Source of the DNA: Marsupella aquatica
Taxonomy: Eukaryota > Plantae > Marchantiophyta
Reading direction: 5' to 3'
DNA: 64,000 nucleotides
Assembly: GCA_973895155.1 (NCBI GenBank)
Contig: OZ316894.1
Location: 11,463,892 to 11,527,891 of the forward strand
Shown: positions 12,721 through 23,564 of the stretch, piece by piece
How positions within the stretch are numbered: the stretch's first letter is position 1
Layout: every line of letters begins with the position of its first letter
Program-made: the position numbers and the translations under genes
The notes under the pieces: generated by a model
Told to the model about the DNA's origin: nothing
Databases searched by the model: none
Seen by the model: only the letters and a program-made list of their open reading frames with translations

Positions 12721-15700
12721 ATGGGTGCCACAAGCAAATGGCGGAAGACTCTAGCGAGTTTGAAGAGATCATCGAAATCAAGCCCAAATGAGAAGGTTGT
12801 TGGGGAAGCTAAGGAAGAAAAGGATTTGGAGAAGGCTGTTACTAGTGAAGCTGATAAGCAGGAAGTGACACCCCCGTCGCGAAATATTCTGTACAGGCTC
12901 AGCACATTCAAATCCCTTTCCATAGACAAGGACGAACCGGTAAGCGGCATCAAGCCCGTTGTGTGGGCCATTGGGTCTTCTGTCCTGTTTCATCCATGAA
13001 ACTGCTCCTTAATCATTCTCTTGAGCTTGCGATAACCTGCCTAAAAAATTCATCTATGGAGGTTAGTGATAAGAACTCCTTCCCCTCCGGAATCCAGAAC
13101 GGTCGACATTTCGTACGTGTCCTGGTCATAAACGTTGTAACGCCCTGTGCTGGCTTAAGCGCCGAACCTGATGCGTTCCTGAGAGTAGGACTGAAATTAT
13201 AGACCATTGAGCTCTAGTCATATTTTACCAGACATTTACCAGACAAAGCGTCTGTTGCTTCGATGCAGTTTGATAAATTGGATGAGTTCCCTCCCTGACG
13301 ATTCCGTGGTGAATGAAACTTCGTCAGGACAAGGATGGAACGCACACGTCGCAGAAGAAGCATCATGACAAGTCATCTAGGAGGTGGAGTTTGTGGAAGT
13401 CTTCCGTCGAAGATTATCAGGACGTGGAGGAGACACCGGTGAAATCCCCCCAGTCAGCAGCCATGCAAGCAGGGAATGTCAAAGTTGCCGCTGCCGTAGT
13501 GTGTCTCAAAAACTCCCCTGTAGCTCTTCAGTCGCTCCGAGAAGAACTCGCCGCCATCCGCATCCAAACTGCCTTCCGTGGCTTTCTGGTGAGAGCCTTC
13601 TGTCCTGATGGATTCTTTGATGGCTGCTCCACGGTTTGAACGCTTGTTGTGGACCGCTACCTCCAATCCCGACAGCAATGTATCCTTGAATTGTTGGTCT
13701 GGAACATGTTACAATTTCTTCTTCGCCGTAAACAAACTCCCTGAGTGAACAAAACTGGCCACTGAATTCTTGTCGAAGGACCTGACTTCCACGACCCACC
13801 TAAAGTTTGGAGGTTCTCACGAGACACGGCTGAAAGTCTTGAGAAAATGCTTGCGCCATCCTTGTCATTCATAAGAGTTGATTCCTGAAGCGATTTTTTT
13901 CTCACGAGAAATCGCCTCGTTCCTATCCTTCTAATGATCCAATGTTCTGTAGCATCCTTTGTTTTCTGACGGTACACTAAGTTGATGTGAAGTTCAGACA
14001 AATTTGTAGAGTGCAGTTCGATGATCACGTTGGTTGTGGGGGCCTTCCTGTTTCCATCTTTGCATCTTAGATCTGTGGTTGAGCCTCTTGTCCTTGCTGG
14101 GACTGGCTGTGTTGAGCAGGCAAGGAGAGCGCGCAAGGCTTTGAAAGGATTGGTGCGGCTTCAAGCTCTCGTCCGAGGGCACGCAGTGAGAAGGCAGGCT
14201 GCCATTACGCTACGCTGTATGCAAGCGCTAGTACGAGTGCAAGCTCGGGTGCGAGCTCGTCGGGTTCGCAAATCTAAAGAGGGGCAAGCTGTGCAGCGCA
14301 GAATCGACCAACGCCGTCTGCGCGAAGCCCTACTACGTGAATCCGAGGTTCGTTTTGCAACGACTTTCCGTCCAATCAACATACCTTCCCATGAAGTCTA
14401 CCGCTGTTATTTTTCGAGAGCCATAATCGAGTAATTTTAATTCAAAGAGCCGAATTGTATATATTGTCAACCACGAAGTTTAAGATCTCCATGAGATTGT
14501 CAGTAGATGAAGATGGTTGCCACTCTTCCCGTCCAGCGACGTGAGTGAGAGGCATAGTTAACTAGACGGCGGAGCAGTGAAGCCATGGGAATGGCACATT
14601 TGACCATCAAATCTCCGCAATTGTATCCATCTTGCTGCAGTTTTGCTAGTGCCTAAGAAAGACAGATGCGTTGCAACGGCTGGACCTTCCCGTTCACGAC
14701 TTGGTCTGTGCTGCGGGACTTCGAAATCCTCAACAATCAGATTAGAGCAAAAGCTGCATCGCTGGTCGTAGAAGGGTGGTGGGCGGTTGTAGAAGGGCCC
14801 ACATTCAACGTCAACGATGCATCTGAAGGTCCTTCGTTGAAAACGAGCTTAGCTTGTTCCGTGATTTCCTTCCCATGACAACAGGACATGGAGTTGGTCT
14901 CGGTTATTTTTAATGACATGTGCTCGTTTGCCGCATTGCATCGTGCAGGAAGGCTGGTGTGGAACCGCAGGATCAGTAGCACAAATCCAAGCGAGATTGC
15001 AACAGAAGCAGATTGGTGCTATAAAGCGGGAGAGAGCCAAAGCTTATGCGTTCTCACGTCAGGTAAGTGCATTAGTCTCCTCCAACCCAACGACGTCATG
15101 GATTTGAATTTGTGTGAAAGATGTCGGATGCTGGTACATGTAGCTGGCATCAATGGATTTATTCCGTGATTTGCGCATACGTGCCTTGCGGAGGGCATTC
15201 AGCTACTGCCATTTGCGCTCGCTTGCCCCTCGTACGTAATTAATGCGCCTCACTGAACATTCTGAACGGAGTTCAAACGATTGGGCTGGATTGTTTTCCC
15301 GTTGGATACTTGGGTGTTGGTTACGGACCCACCACCCTACAATCCCCGGCTGTAGCGTCGCCAAACAGTTTGAGCGCGACAGCGTTTTGATTCAAATTGT
15401 CAGCAATTGTTGCCGTATATTTTACTGCGCAAGGAGAGAAGCAGCGAAAGAGTCAAAACGGAAATGGAATTGTTTCATGTGAGAGTACTTTCTCAATTTG
15501 TGGATGTCACACGTTCACGGCATTCCAAACGCAGAAAAATCCGCCGAAAAGAACAGAAGAGGCCTCCGCATTCGTTTTGCTCGCGAATTTTGGCTCACGA
15601 GATGGAACTGACGGATTTTTCGTTTGTGTTGACCATGGTCGGTCTGGCGTGATTCAGTGGAGAGCGAGCTCGAGGTCGCAGCAGGTGTACTTCGACGAGG

Positions 15701-17810
15701 CAGGTGCGGAGAATCGGCATTGGGGATGGAGCTGGATGGAAAGGTGGATGGCAGCTCGGCCATGGGAACACAGAGCTCCAGCATCGTTCCGAGCGGACAC
15801 GGCATCGCACAAAGACGCAGCGTCCCACCGCGGTGATCCCACCGAGTCTCTCCACGAGGAGCCGGAAAGTGTTCTTCCGTTTTCGGCAGCGTCGTTTGCC
15901 GCCGCAGCACCGGAAACTCTCTCGTTTGCGGCTGCGTCTGCGGCTGCGGCTCCCCCGACCCAAGCCCCCGTGCTGCCGAGGAAGAGCTACCACAGGCCAA
16001 CCCCCAGTAGCCGGTCATCCCCCAGTAGCAGTTCCGTCCTGACGTTCGGCCACAACCACCCCGGCTCCCAGACCAGCATGCAACTCTCCGTCCATAGCTT
16101 CGACCAGCTCTCCGATTCGTCATCCACCCCTCGATCCGTTCCCGCGGCGGCCCCGAGCCTAGTGGCCGCGGCAGCTGTCGCTGCCGCCGCTGCAACAAGC
16201 ACCCGGACTGCTCTGACCGCGACCAGAGCCGTTTCAACTGGGACTGGGACTGCGACTGCAACCGCAACGGCGACGGCGACGGCGACAGCCACTGTGTATG
16301 CGCCGTTGGCGTCCGGGAAACGGAGCTACATGGCCGCGACCAAGTGCGCTCAGGCGAAGTCGCGGTCGCACAGCACTCCCCGGCAGCGGCCCTACACCGA
16401 CGAGAATTCCCGGCAGGCGTCAGCCAAGAAGCCGTTCTCCCGGCCCGCCACGCCGGACTCGCACAAAATGATTCACAATTCCAGGTACGCCTTCCGGCCA
16501 CCAACTGCCCTTCACATCCCCCTCGAAACGGCTTCCGTTCCTCCGGTGGGACTTGGACTTGGGACTGCTTGCAGTACCGTACTTATGTCCTTCCTGTTCG
16601 TAACGCTCGTGGTGTCCAAGTACTCTAGATCTCCTCCGTCATTATTATTATTTTGTTTTTGAACAAGTTTCTCTTCGTGCCTCTTCTACACCTGAGCTCA
16701 TTGCGCCTTTTCAGCTCATTTTGAGTAGAGCTTTAGTTCCTTTAGTTTGGACTCTTTGGCCTTAGCTTTCTCTCCCTTGATTGGGTTTCTTGCCTCTTGG
16801 ATTTTGTGCCCAGGTTGGGCGATTTTTGTTTTTGGCAGTTTGAAATATATTCTTTGGTTTTGCTCTTTGCTCTGTTTTTTACTTTTTTCCCTCTTGGTCA
16901 TGTAGACCTACTCTGCCATTATTTATTAATTTTGTGTTGAACATATATGTGTTGCGACTCCCCTCTGCTGTTTACTTAGGAGCCCAGCTTATCAGTTTAT
17001 TGCTGAGTAGGGTTTTAGTTCCTTTGTACTTCTGTATTGGGACACTGTTGGGCCATTTTGCTCTACTCAAGAGCTTTATCAACCTTAATTGCTGAGTAGG
17101 GCTTTTTTTTAGGTTCCTTTGCGCTTGTGTTACTCTTGATCCATTTTGCTCTGTCTTCTGAGTTTTCCCTTATTGTCTTCCTTTATTGGCTCTCCTGCTT
17201 TTGGGCTTTTGTTTCGCCCTTTCTGTTCTTTAGCAGTGTGATATATTTGAAAGGTAGCTTTTACTGAAAGCTGAGCCATTCCTTGAGCCTGAGATAATTG
17301 TCTGAGGTCCATAGTCTGCCGCTCTCGATCTGGGACTGCTTGAGCTGAATTGTGCACGGTCCCACTTCCCGATGGGCTATAATAGGGTCAATTGCTGAGA
17401 ATTCGTGTCGTGGACTGCACTGAGGGACTTGAGCAAATTGGTTTGGATCGAGTACTGCTCTCGGTTTTGAATCGTGCAGCTCGTTGTTGGTCGATCAACG
17501 TATCCTGCATTGGATGGGATGCGGAAACATTTCAGTTTTGAGAGAGGTGGTGGTTTAATGTGAAGCCAATTTGATTGTCCGCAGGTCTTCCAACGGACCG
17601 GAGAGGTTGGGAACTGGGGGAAAGGCTCTCCGAGTAAGGGGCAATCCCCTTTCTGAGCGGAATGAGCAGCATCAGAGCCTCGCGGCGCGGTCCATTCTGA
17701 GGTCCTACAGCAACAACGGCTCCAGTGGACGCCCCTCGGTCAAGAGTGGCGACTTCTCAACGCTGTCGAACCTCTCGTTCAACGGCGAACCTCGCAGGGC
17801 CTTCCGCTAA
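12721..17810 (+). CDS. IQD: IQ67-domain (IQD) calmodulin-binding / microtubule-associated protein, about 624 aa; exons 12721-12939, 13328-13588, 14120-14347, 14949-15062, 15658-16484, 17585-17810
   Basis: All introns GT-AG and frame-consistent (1875 nt). IQ67 domain [13 protein letters not shown]|[48 protein letters not shown] with the family-typical phase-0 intron. Also [30 protein letters not shown] and DUF4005-like [23 protein letters not shown] motifs. Confidence 0.93.
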
Positions 17811-20375
17811 GCGATCGTTGCTTGGGATTCATGTCCTTTGGCTACATAGGTAGCCCCTGCCCCTGGGTTTTCCCTTTTGTGTATAGCTTAATCAGAAAGG
17901 AGGATATTCGCGCTTCAGAATGAGCGCTAGGGAGATCTAATCGCTGGTCTTCTCCTGTAACGAATTCACTGGAGACTCAGGTACTTGCAAAATAAGACTT
18001 GATGAGTCAAGTGCGTGCTTGCCTAATCACATTTTGGAGTTACGTTAGTTTTAGGTCGACAGCAACTACTTCAGTACTTTAGCGTAGGTTTGCATTGCAG
18101 TTTCTAAGTTTTTCTTTTGACGCTGAAAAACCCACATGCCAGAGCCAAGCTTGGTTGGCTCACGCGGCATTTGAGTCCCGGATCTACTAGTAGTCTACCA
18201 CTACTAGAATGTACATTTATAAAAAATGGAGACCAGACACAATACTTCACCGTTTCAATGCGCACCACATTCGGATTTTAGTTGCTTCGTAGTGCAGAGT
18301 AATGATGTCCCAGAGTCCTGGCTCGGGTAGCTCGCCTTCTGTAAATCCAAACATTCTTACCTGCTTAGCAAAGCTTCTTGAAGTGTGCCTACATTAGGCA
18401 GAGAATGAGAGTGGAAGAGATAATGGGTAAGATAGCTCAATCTCGTAGTTATTTCTGTTCTCAACAACAATGAGGCCAACTTCTACTTGCTCCAGATCAG
18501 CTCTCACTGCGGATGGGCTCTCATCGCGATGGGCAGATTTACTCATACCAGCCAAACAGTGTGACCAAAGCATGTCCATCAAGAGCACCAACAGCAAAAG
18601 AATGATCTATCATTGCAATTACAGGAAGCGAATTTCATGCAGGATCGAACGCCTTGAAGAAATGGCGGTTCACGCTGGAATTTCACCTTGTGCCATGTTT
18701 TTGAGAAGGATTTCGTGGGCTTCCCTTCAATCTATAATTACCCATCATCACATGGAGAAGTGGCTCGACTTTAAGTGAGAATCTGTTATCTTCGCTCGAA
18801 TAAAGCTCGAATAAAATCGCACGATTGTAGCACTGTTATCTTCAGCTCTGAATGGGGATGGGATCTCCGATCAAATCTTCAACTCTGAATGGAGATCGAA
18901 GTTGGGCTGACAGGAACCTTGAAATTGAGAATGCATGACCGTAGCTATGTACTGGCAATCTAGTAAATCACGATTTTTCGGATTGGTACTGCGTCAAGAT
19001 TTTAGGTGCTGAATAGGACAACTCATGCGAAAAAATTACGATATCACATTCATTCAGGCAACCAAAACTTCCCCCATATGTATGGGCACTTGTGATTTAA
19101 TACTTCTGGAGTATCAAAGCAAGGTCTTCAGAGGAGAATATTACACAAGAGAGTATTGTTTGCCAACAAGAAGTCTTTGGGAAGTGTACAATGTCCCAAA
19201 ACTACACTATTGGGTGGCCATTATTTGGATTTTCTATGACACATAGCTTTCTACTTTACCCAGCCTAAATGGGCCTAGCATGTCATGGGGACCAGGAGAG
19301 ATGCAGTAAGAGACTATCAGCTATGATCAAATTATGATGGAAAAAAGATCCAGTGTAGTGTATGTATGCAGACCTGGTTGGGATTTGAAAGCAGGGAGGA
19401 ACCCTGCCCTAGCAGAATAGTAGTGGTCATGTGTGAATCCGATTAAGGGTGATGGTAGTGGGCATGTGTGAGGGCGATGGAAACTGCAGGATAGTTTGAG
19501 CGGACAATCTCAGGGCCATAAGCTCTATTGTCGCTAAAGGGGGTTAATCACTTAACCAGTAGTGGCATTGTAGTAATTATTCTAAAAAGTGGCTAGTCAT
19601 GATATTTGACAAAAACTGTGGCAATCAAACTAGTAAGTTTCTCACTAAGCCCGTGATTTAGGGAGCAAAGAGCACTTTTCGGGATGGGAGCGGGGACGGA
19701 CCTATTTTACATCATCTACCCTTACGTTCAGAGGTCTAGTAAAACCCAGATTAGAGAAATGCCTTTGCACAGTCTGTGATGGGCATTCTCCTCGATAAAG
19801 TACATATCACATTGCTAAGGAACAAGCGCTGTCAAACCTAGAAACAAGATACCAAAGATAAGAAACAACCCGACACCCCAGGAAAAACAAAGAGCCAAAA
19901 AGTCTAAAAGTCCCTAGCAACCGCAACATATAGCCTTATTGAGACCAAACTGAATACAAAGCTCCACAGCAAACTGCGGAGGAGGCTCACTAAGAGTAAT
20001 TTATCTAGAGTCTCTAAAAACAAACAACCTCTTCCATAAAGTACAGGAAAAAAGGAGGAATTTGTCTAGAAACACTAAAACCAACAAAATCTTCCATAAC
20101 CTAAATATAGAGAAGGAATTTGTTAGAGGACCTACAACCAAAACGTCTTACAGAAAGAACAGGAAAATAGGAGTAATTTGTGACGAGACCTTAAACCACC
20201 AAAACCTCTTCCTTATAGTACAAAAATATTGGAAAGCAAAAGTACTGAAAAAAGGAACAGAAAAATGGGAAAGGAGCATTATCTTCAAAGGATTTAATAG
20301 ACAATCTCAAAGCTTTAAAGTTATGGATGATGACATTTGGCCATAAGCAAATGACCATCACCTTTTGGCAGGGTT

Positions 20376-20656
20376 ATGTCCAAGTTTTTCTTTCTTTCTT
20401 TTTTACTAGTCTATAGAGTGACTTATGGTCATGGTATAAGACCAATCTTTATGGCAAATATGGATCATGAATTGGTAGTCCATTACTTTTTCTTTCAATA
20501 ACCTAAACTACCAAGCTAAGGTCCATCAATTTGTGAGGTGTGAGACCCCCTAATATATCAAACAAGTTGTTTAGATGCCCTACCTAAACCTCCTCCAGAA
20601 AGTACAGGAAAATAGGAGTAATTTGTGACGAGACCTTAAACCACCAAAACCTCTTC
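20376..20656 (+). repeat. 281-bp direct repeat, left copy (flanks LINE 5' end)
   Basis: atgtccaagttttt...ccaccaaaacctcttc matches 22785-23065 with no mismatch found by eye (offset 2409). Confidence 0.93.
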
Positions 20657-22784
20657 ACCCTGAGTGGTTGCAGGACACCGGATGCAAGATTGCCCAAAAA
20701 GGTGAGGTGTGTGAGTACCTGGGCTGTCCGATTGGCTACAAGGTTAGCCCGTCTCAGGAAGCGTTCTACCTATTCAACAAGATTAGGAAACGGCTGCATA
20801 CCTGGACCAACAGGAGTCTTACTCTCGCAGGTAGAGTGATTCTCTTGAAACATGTTCTCAAAGCCATTCCTACCTATCACTTCATGGTTATAGAACTGCA
20901 TAAAGCTGGATTTGAAGAACTGGAAAAAGTGTGCAGACGTTTTCTATGGGGGCGGAACCACATGGGAGGTTTTAAAAAACCTCTGATTGCGTGGAGTGTC
21001 GTGACTGCACCAAAGAATGTTGGAGGTCTTGGAGTCCAATCCTTCTATAAGCAAGCGGCAATTCTTAAGATGAGGCATGTCACTCAACTGATTGAGGGAG
21101 GACAGAAGGAGTGGATCTCGATCGCAAATGAAATCGTCATGAGAAGCCTCTGTGTGGGCCCCAACAAGAAGGAACGTAGAAAGTGGACTGTTTCTGAAGC
21201 ACTTCTCCTCGACCCTGACGTGAAAATCAGGGGTTCCTTCACCATCCGAGCTCTGGTCAATAGCTGGAGAGCTCAGACACCCAGATTGAAGTTCAATTTT
21301 GCAAGCAGCCAATTACCAAAACACTTGAGCATTGAGCAAATTGTCACGCTCCACTGCAGAGACCAAGTAATTCTAGAGAACTGTACTGACCTGCGCAGGT
21401 TTCTGTCCAACAGAGGAATTAAGACCGCTACCGATTTCACCACGGCACAGAACGACTGGATCGACAAGGATCAAATTATCAACTTGATTCGCAGCACACG
21501 ACAAGTCGGAGTGCAGGAATTCCACAAGTTCTACGACACAATGAGAAGAAATGATCCTCCCACTCAGATGACCCTTCACAGCAACAAAGGATGGACTTGG
21601 GAATGGCAACAGCGTCACCAAGGGTGGAAATATTCCAACAGGAGATGGGCCTCACAAACTGTGGATCCTGATGGACGGACGCCTCAACTCAACAGGAGAT
21701 GGGGACAAATCGGAATGCAGACGAATTGGAAACAACTATGGAGTAAACTGTGGGGCGGGTGGACTTTCCCTAAAGTCAGATTCTTTTTGTGGAGATTGAT
21801 CCAACAGGGGTTCTTCACGAATGGTAGGGCTAGCAGATGGGGCGTGTGCAACGGAACCTGTGAACGCTGCAACAATGGATATGAAAATATGGAGCACCTC
21901 TTCTACCTCTGCACCAAGGTGCACTCTAGATGGATTGAAATCCAAATTCTCCTCCGCCACACTACAACATTGAAGTATTTGGGACACAATCTCTTTGACT
22001 CGATGGTGTCTGCGCTCAAAGTGCAAAAACGTAACCCAGGGCCGGTTGTCCTTCTGACTGAACTGTGCAATACAGTCTGGAACGAGCGTAATGCCCAGGT
22101 CTATGCCCATTTCCTTGGCCGTCTCCCCAGTTGGGTTGTCTTGAAGAAAGCTAGTGACCACCTCAAAGGGATGCTGTCTGAATGTACTTCCACCAAGAAA
22201 GCTAGGAAGCTCCAGGTGTCTGTGGAGGAGCTTGATTTTGTCCTCCGCCCATGGGCCAACCTGGAGATCCCCTGCTCTATGACACAAAATGTTGACAATG
22301 AATAGGAATACCAACCCTTTGGATGATAGCAGCCTCCTGACCAGAAACAAACAATTCCACTTGCATTTTCCTCAGATGGAGCAGAACAGTCATGACCAGA
22401 ACTGGAGTCCTAAATTGTATAGTAGATACAGAACTTGTGGTAATCTTGAGATTTCTCCCTTGATTCTCAATTCTATCACCATTGAGGGTACTAAGTTAGA
22501 CCTTGCTGCTGCTAAGCATCTGATTCCTTACTTGTGTTGGATTTTTCCACCGCTTGGTCCCTCTGTGTAGCAGATTTGGCTTGACCGACTCGGTCGGGTG
22601 ACAGTGGCTTCCCCGCTGTTGCCCGTCTTGGGGCTGCTGTGCTGTCTCCCCCCCTTTTTTGGGTGTGGCCTGTCTTTGGTTTCCGGGCCTCTCCTGGCCT
22701 TTTGTTTTCTCTCTCGCGCGGGTGGTGCTGCCCCCGGCTTGTTTTAATTACTTTAAAAAAATATTTAAAATAAAATAAAATAAA
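20657..22784 (+). mobile_element. 5'-truncated L1-type LINE (non-LTR retrotransposon)
   Basis: Frame is open right up to the 5' junction (PEWLQDTG..). It encodes the post-RT part of ORF2, then a T/G-rich 3' UTR and an A-rich/(TAAAA)n tail at about 22752-22784; flanked by direct repeats. Confidence 0.9.
20659..22305 (+). CDS. LINE ORF2 C-terminal fragment (RT thumb region + zf-RVT), N-terminally truncated, no stops
   Basis: Motifs YLGCPI, LTLAGRVILLKHVLKAIPTY, IAWSVVTAPKNVGGLGV, PKVRFFLWR, CERC..E.MEHLFYLC, VWNERN, typical of plant L1 ORF2. Confidence 0.88.
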   Translation, partial: PEWLQDTGCKIAQKGEVCEYLGCPIGYKVSPSQEAFYLFNKIRKRLHTWTNRSLTLAGRVILLKHVLKAIPTYHFMVIELHKAGFEELEKVCRRFLWGRNHMGGFKKPLIAWSVVTAPKNVGGLGVQSFYKQAAILKMRHVTQLIEGGQKEWISIANEIVMRSLCVGPNKKERRKWTVSEALLLDPDVKIRGSFTIRALVNSWRAQTPRLKFNFASSQLPKHLSIEQIVTLHCRDQVILENCTDLRRFLSNRGIKTATDFTTAQNDWIDKDQIINLIRSTRQVGVQEFHKFYDTMRRNDPPTQMTLHSNKGWTWEWQQRHQGWKYSNRRWASQTVDPDGRTPQLNRRWGQIGMQTNWKQLWSKLWGGWTFPKVRFFLWRLIQQGFFTNGRASRWGVCNGTCERCNNGYENMEHLFYLCTKVHSRWIEIQILLRHTTTLKYLGHNLFDSMVSALKVQKRNPGPVVLLTELCNTVWNERNAQVYAHFLGRLPSWVVLKKASDHLKGMLSECTSTKKARKLQVSVEELDFVLRPWANLEIPCSMTQNVDNE

Positions 22785-23065
22785 ATGTCCAAGTTTTTCT
22801 TTCTTTCTTTTTTACTAGTCTATAGAGTGACTTATGGTCATGGTATAAGACCAATCTTTATGGCAAATATGGATCATGAATTGGTAGTCCATTACTTTTT
22901 CTTTCAATAACCTAAACTACCAAGCTAAGGTCCATCAATTTGTGAGGTGTGAGACCCCCTAATATATCAAACAAGTTGTTTAGATGCCCTACCTAAACCT
23001 CCTCCAGAAAGTACAGGAAAATAGGAGTAATTTGTGACGAGACCTTAAACCACCAAAACCTCTTC
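22785..23065 (+). repeat. 281-bp direct repeat, right copy (immediately after LINE tail)
   Basis: Begins exactly where the (TAAAA)n tail ends; same sequence as 20376-20656. Confidence 0.93.
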
Positions 23066-23564
23066 CTCGTTGTACAGAAAAATAGGAAAAGAAAATGGGA
23101 ACAGAGAAAGGGGAATAGAGCAAAATCTTGAAGGGATTAAATATATGCACAAACACCTTGTGGCATGGGCAACGACGATTCTATTCCTTCTGCAAAGTTT
23201 CGTTCGCAAACTAGGCATAATCGTCTCGGCACTAATATCTGTAGAGCAGAGCAGACATATATTAGTTGGAACTGAGGAATGAAGAGAGTGTGAACAAGGA
23301 AGGAAATCGTTAACAACCAGCGAATTCTGCAGTGTCAATGTTTATTAGCTCGGAACACTGAGCAAGAAGAAGAAGAGAGAAAGACGAAGAACGCGAGGGA
23401 AGGAAGAGGATAGCACTGAGGAATTGCAGGTTCTGTTGAAGAAGACGAAACTACAATCATTCTCGATTGTGTATCTCTTCCTCTCACCTTCGGTCGAAAA
23501 AACTCGTGCTGTGGATCAGCGGAAGCAGAAATTGGTGGATTTGAGTTGGCGGAAGGGCGACGGG

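Noticed and set aside
15515-16504. 329-aa antisense ORF over IQD exon 5
   Set aside because: Shadow of a GC-rich, low-complexity coding exon; no recognisable domain.
20376-23065. LTR retrotransposon reading of the 281-bp direct repeats
   Set aside because: No PBS or PPT and no CA end; the interior is LINE ORF2 with an A-rich tail and is cut mid-ORF at the repeat.
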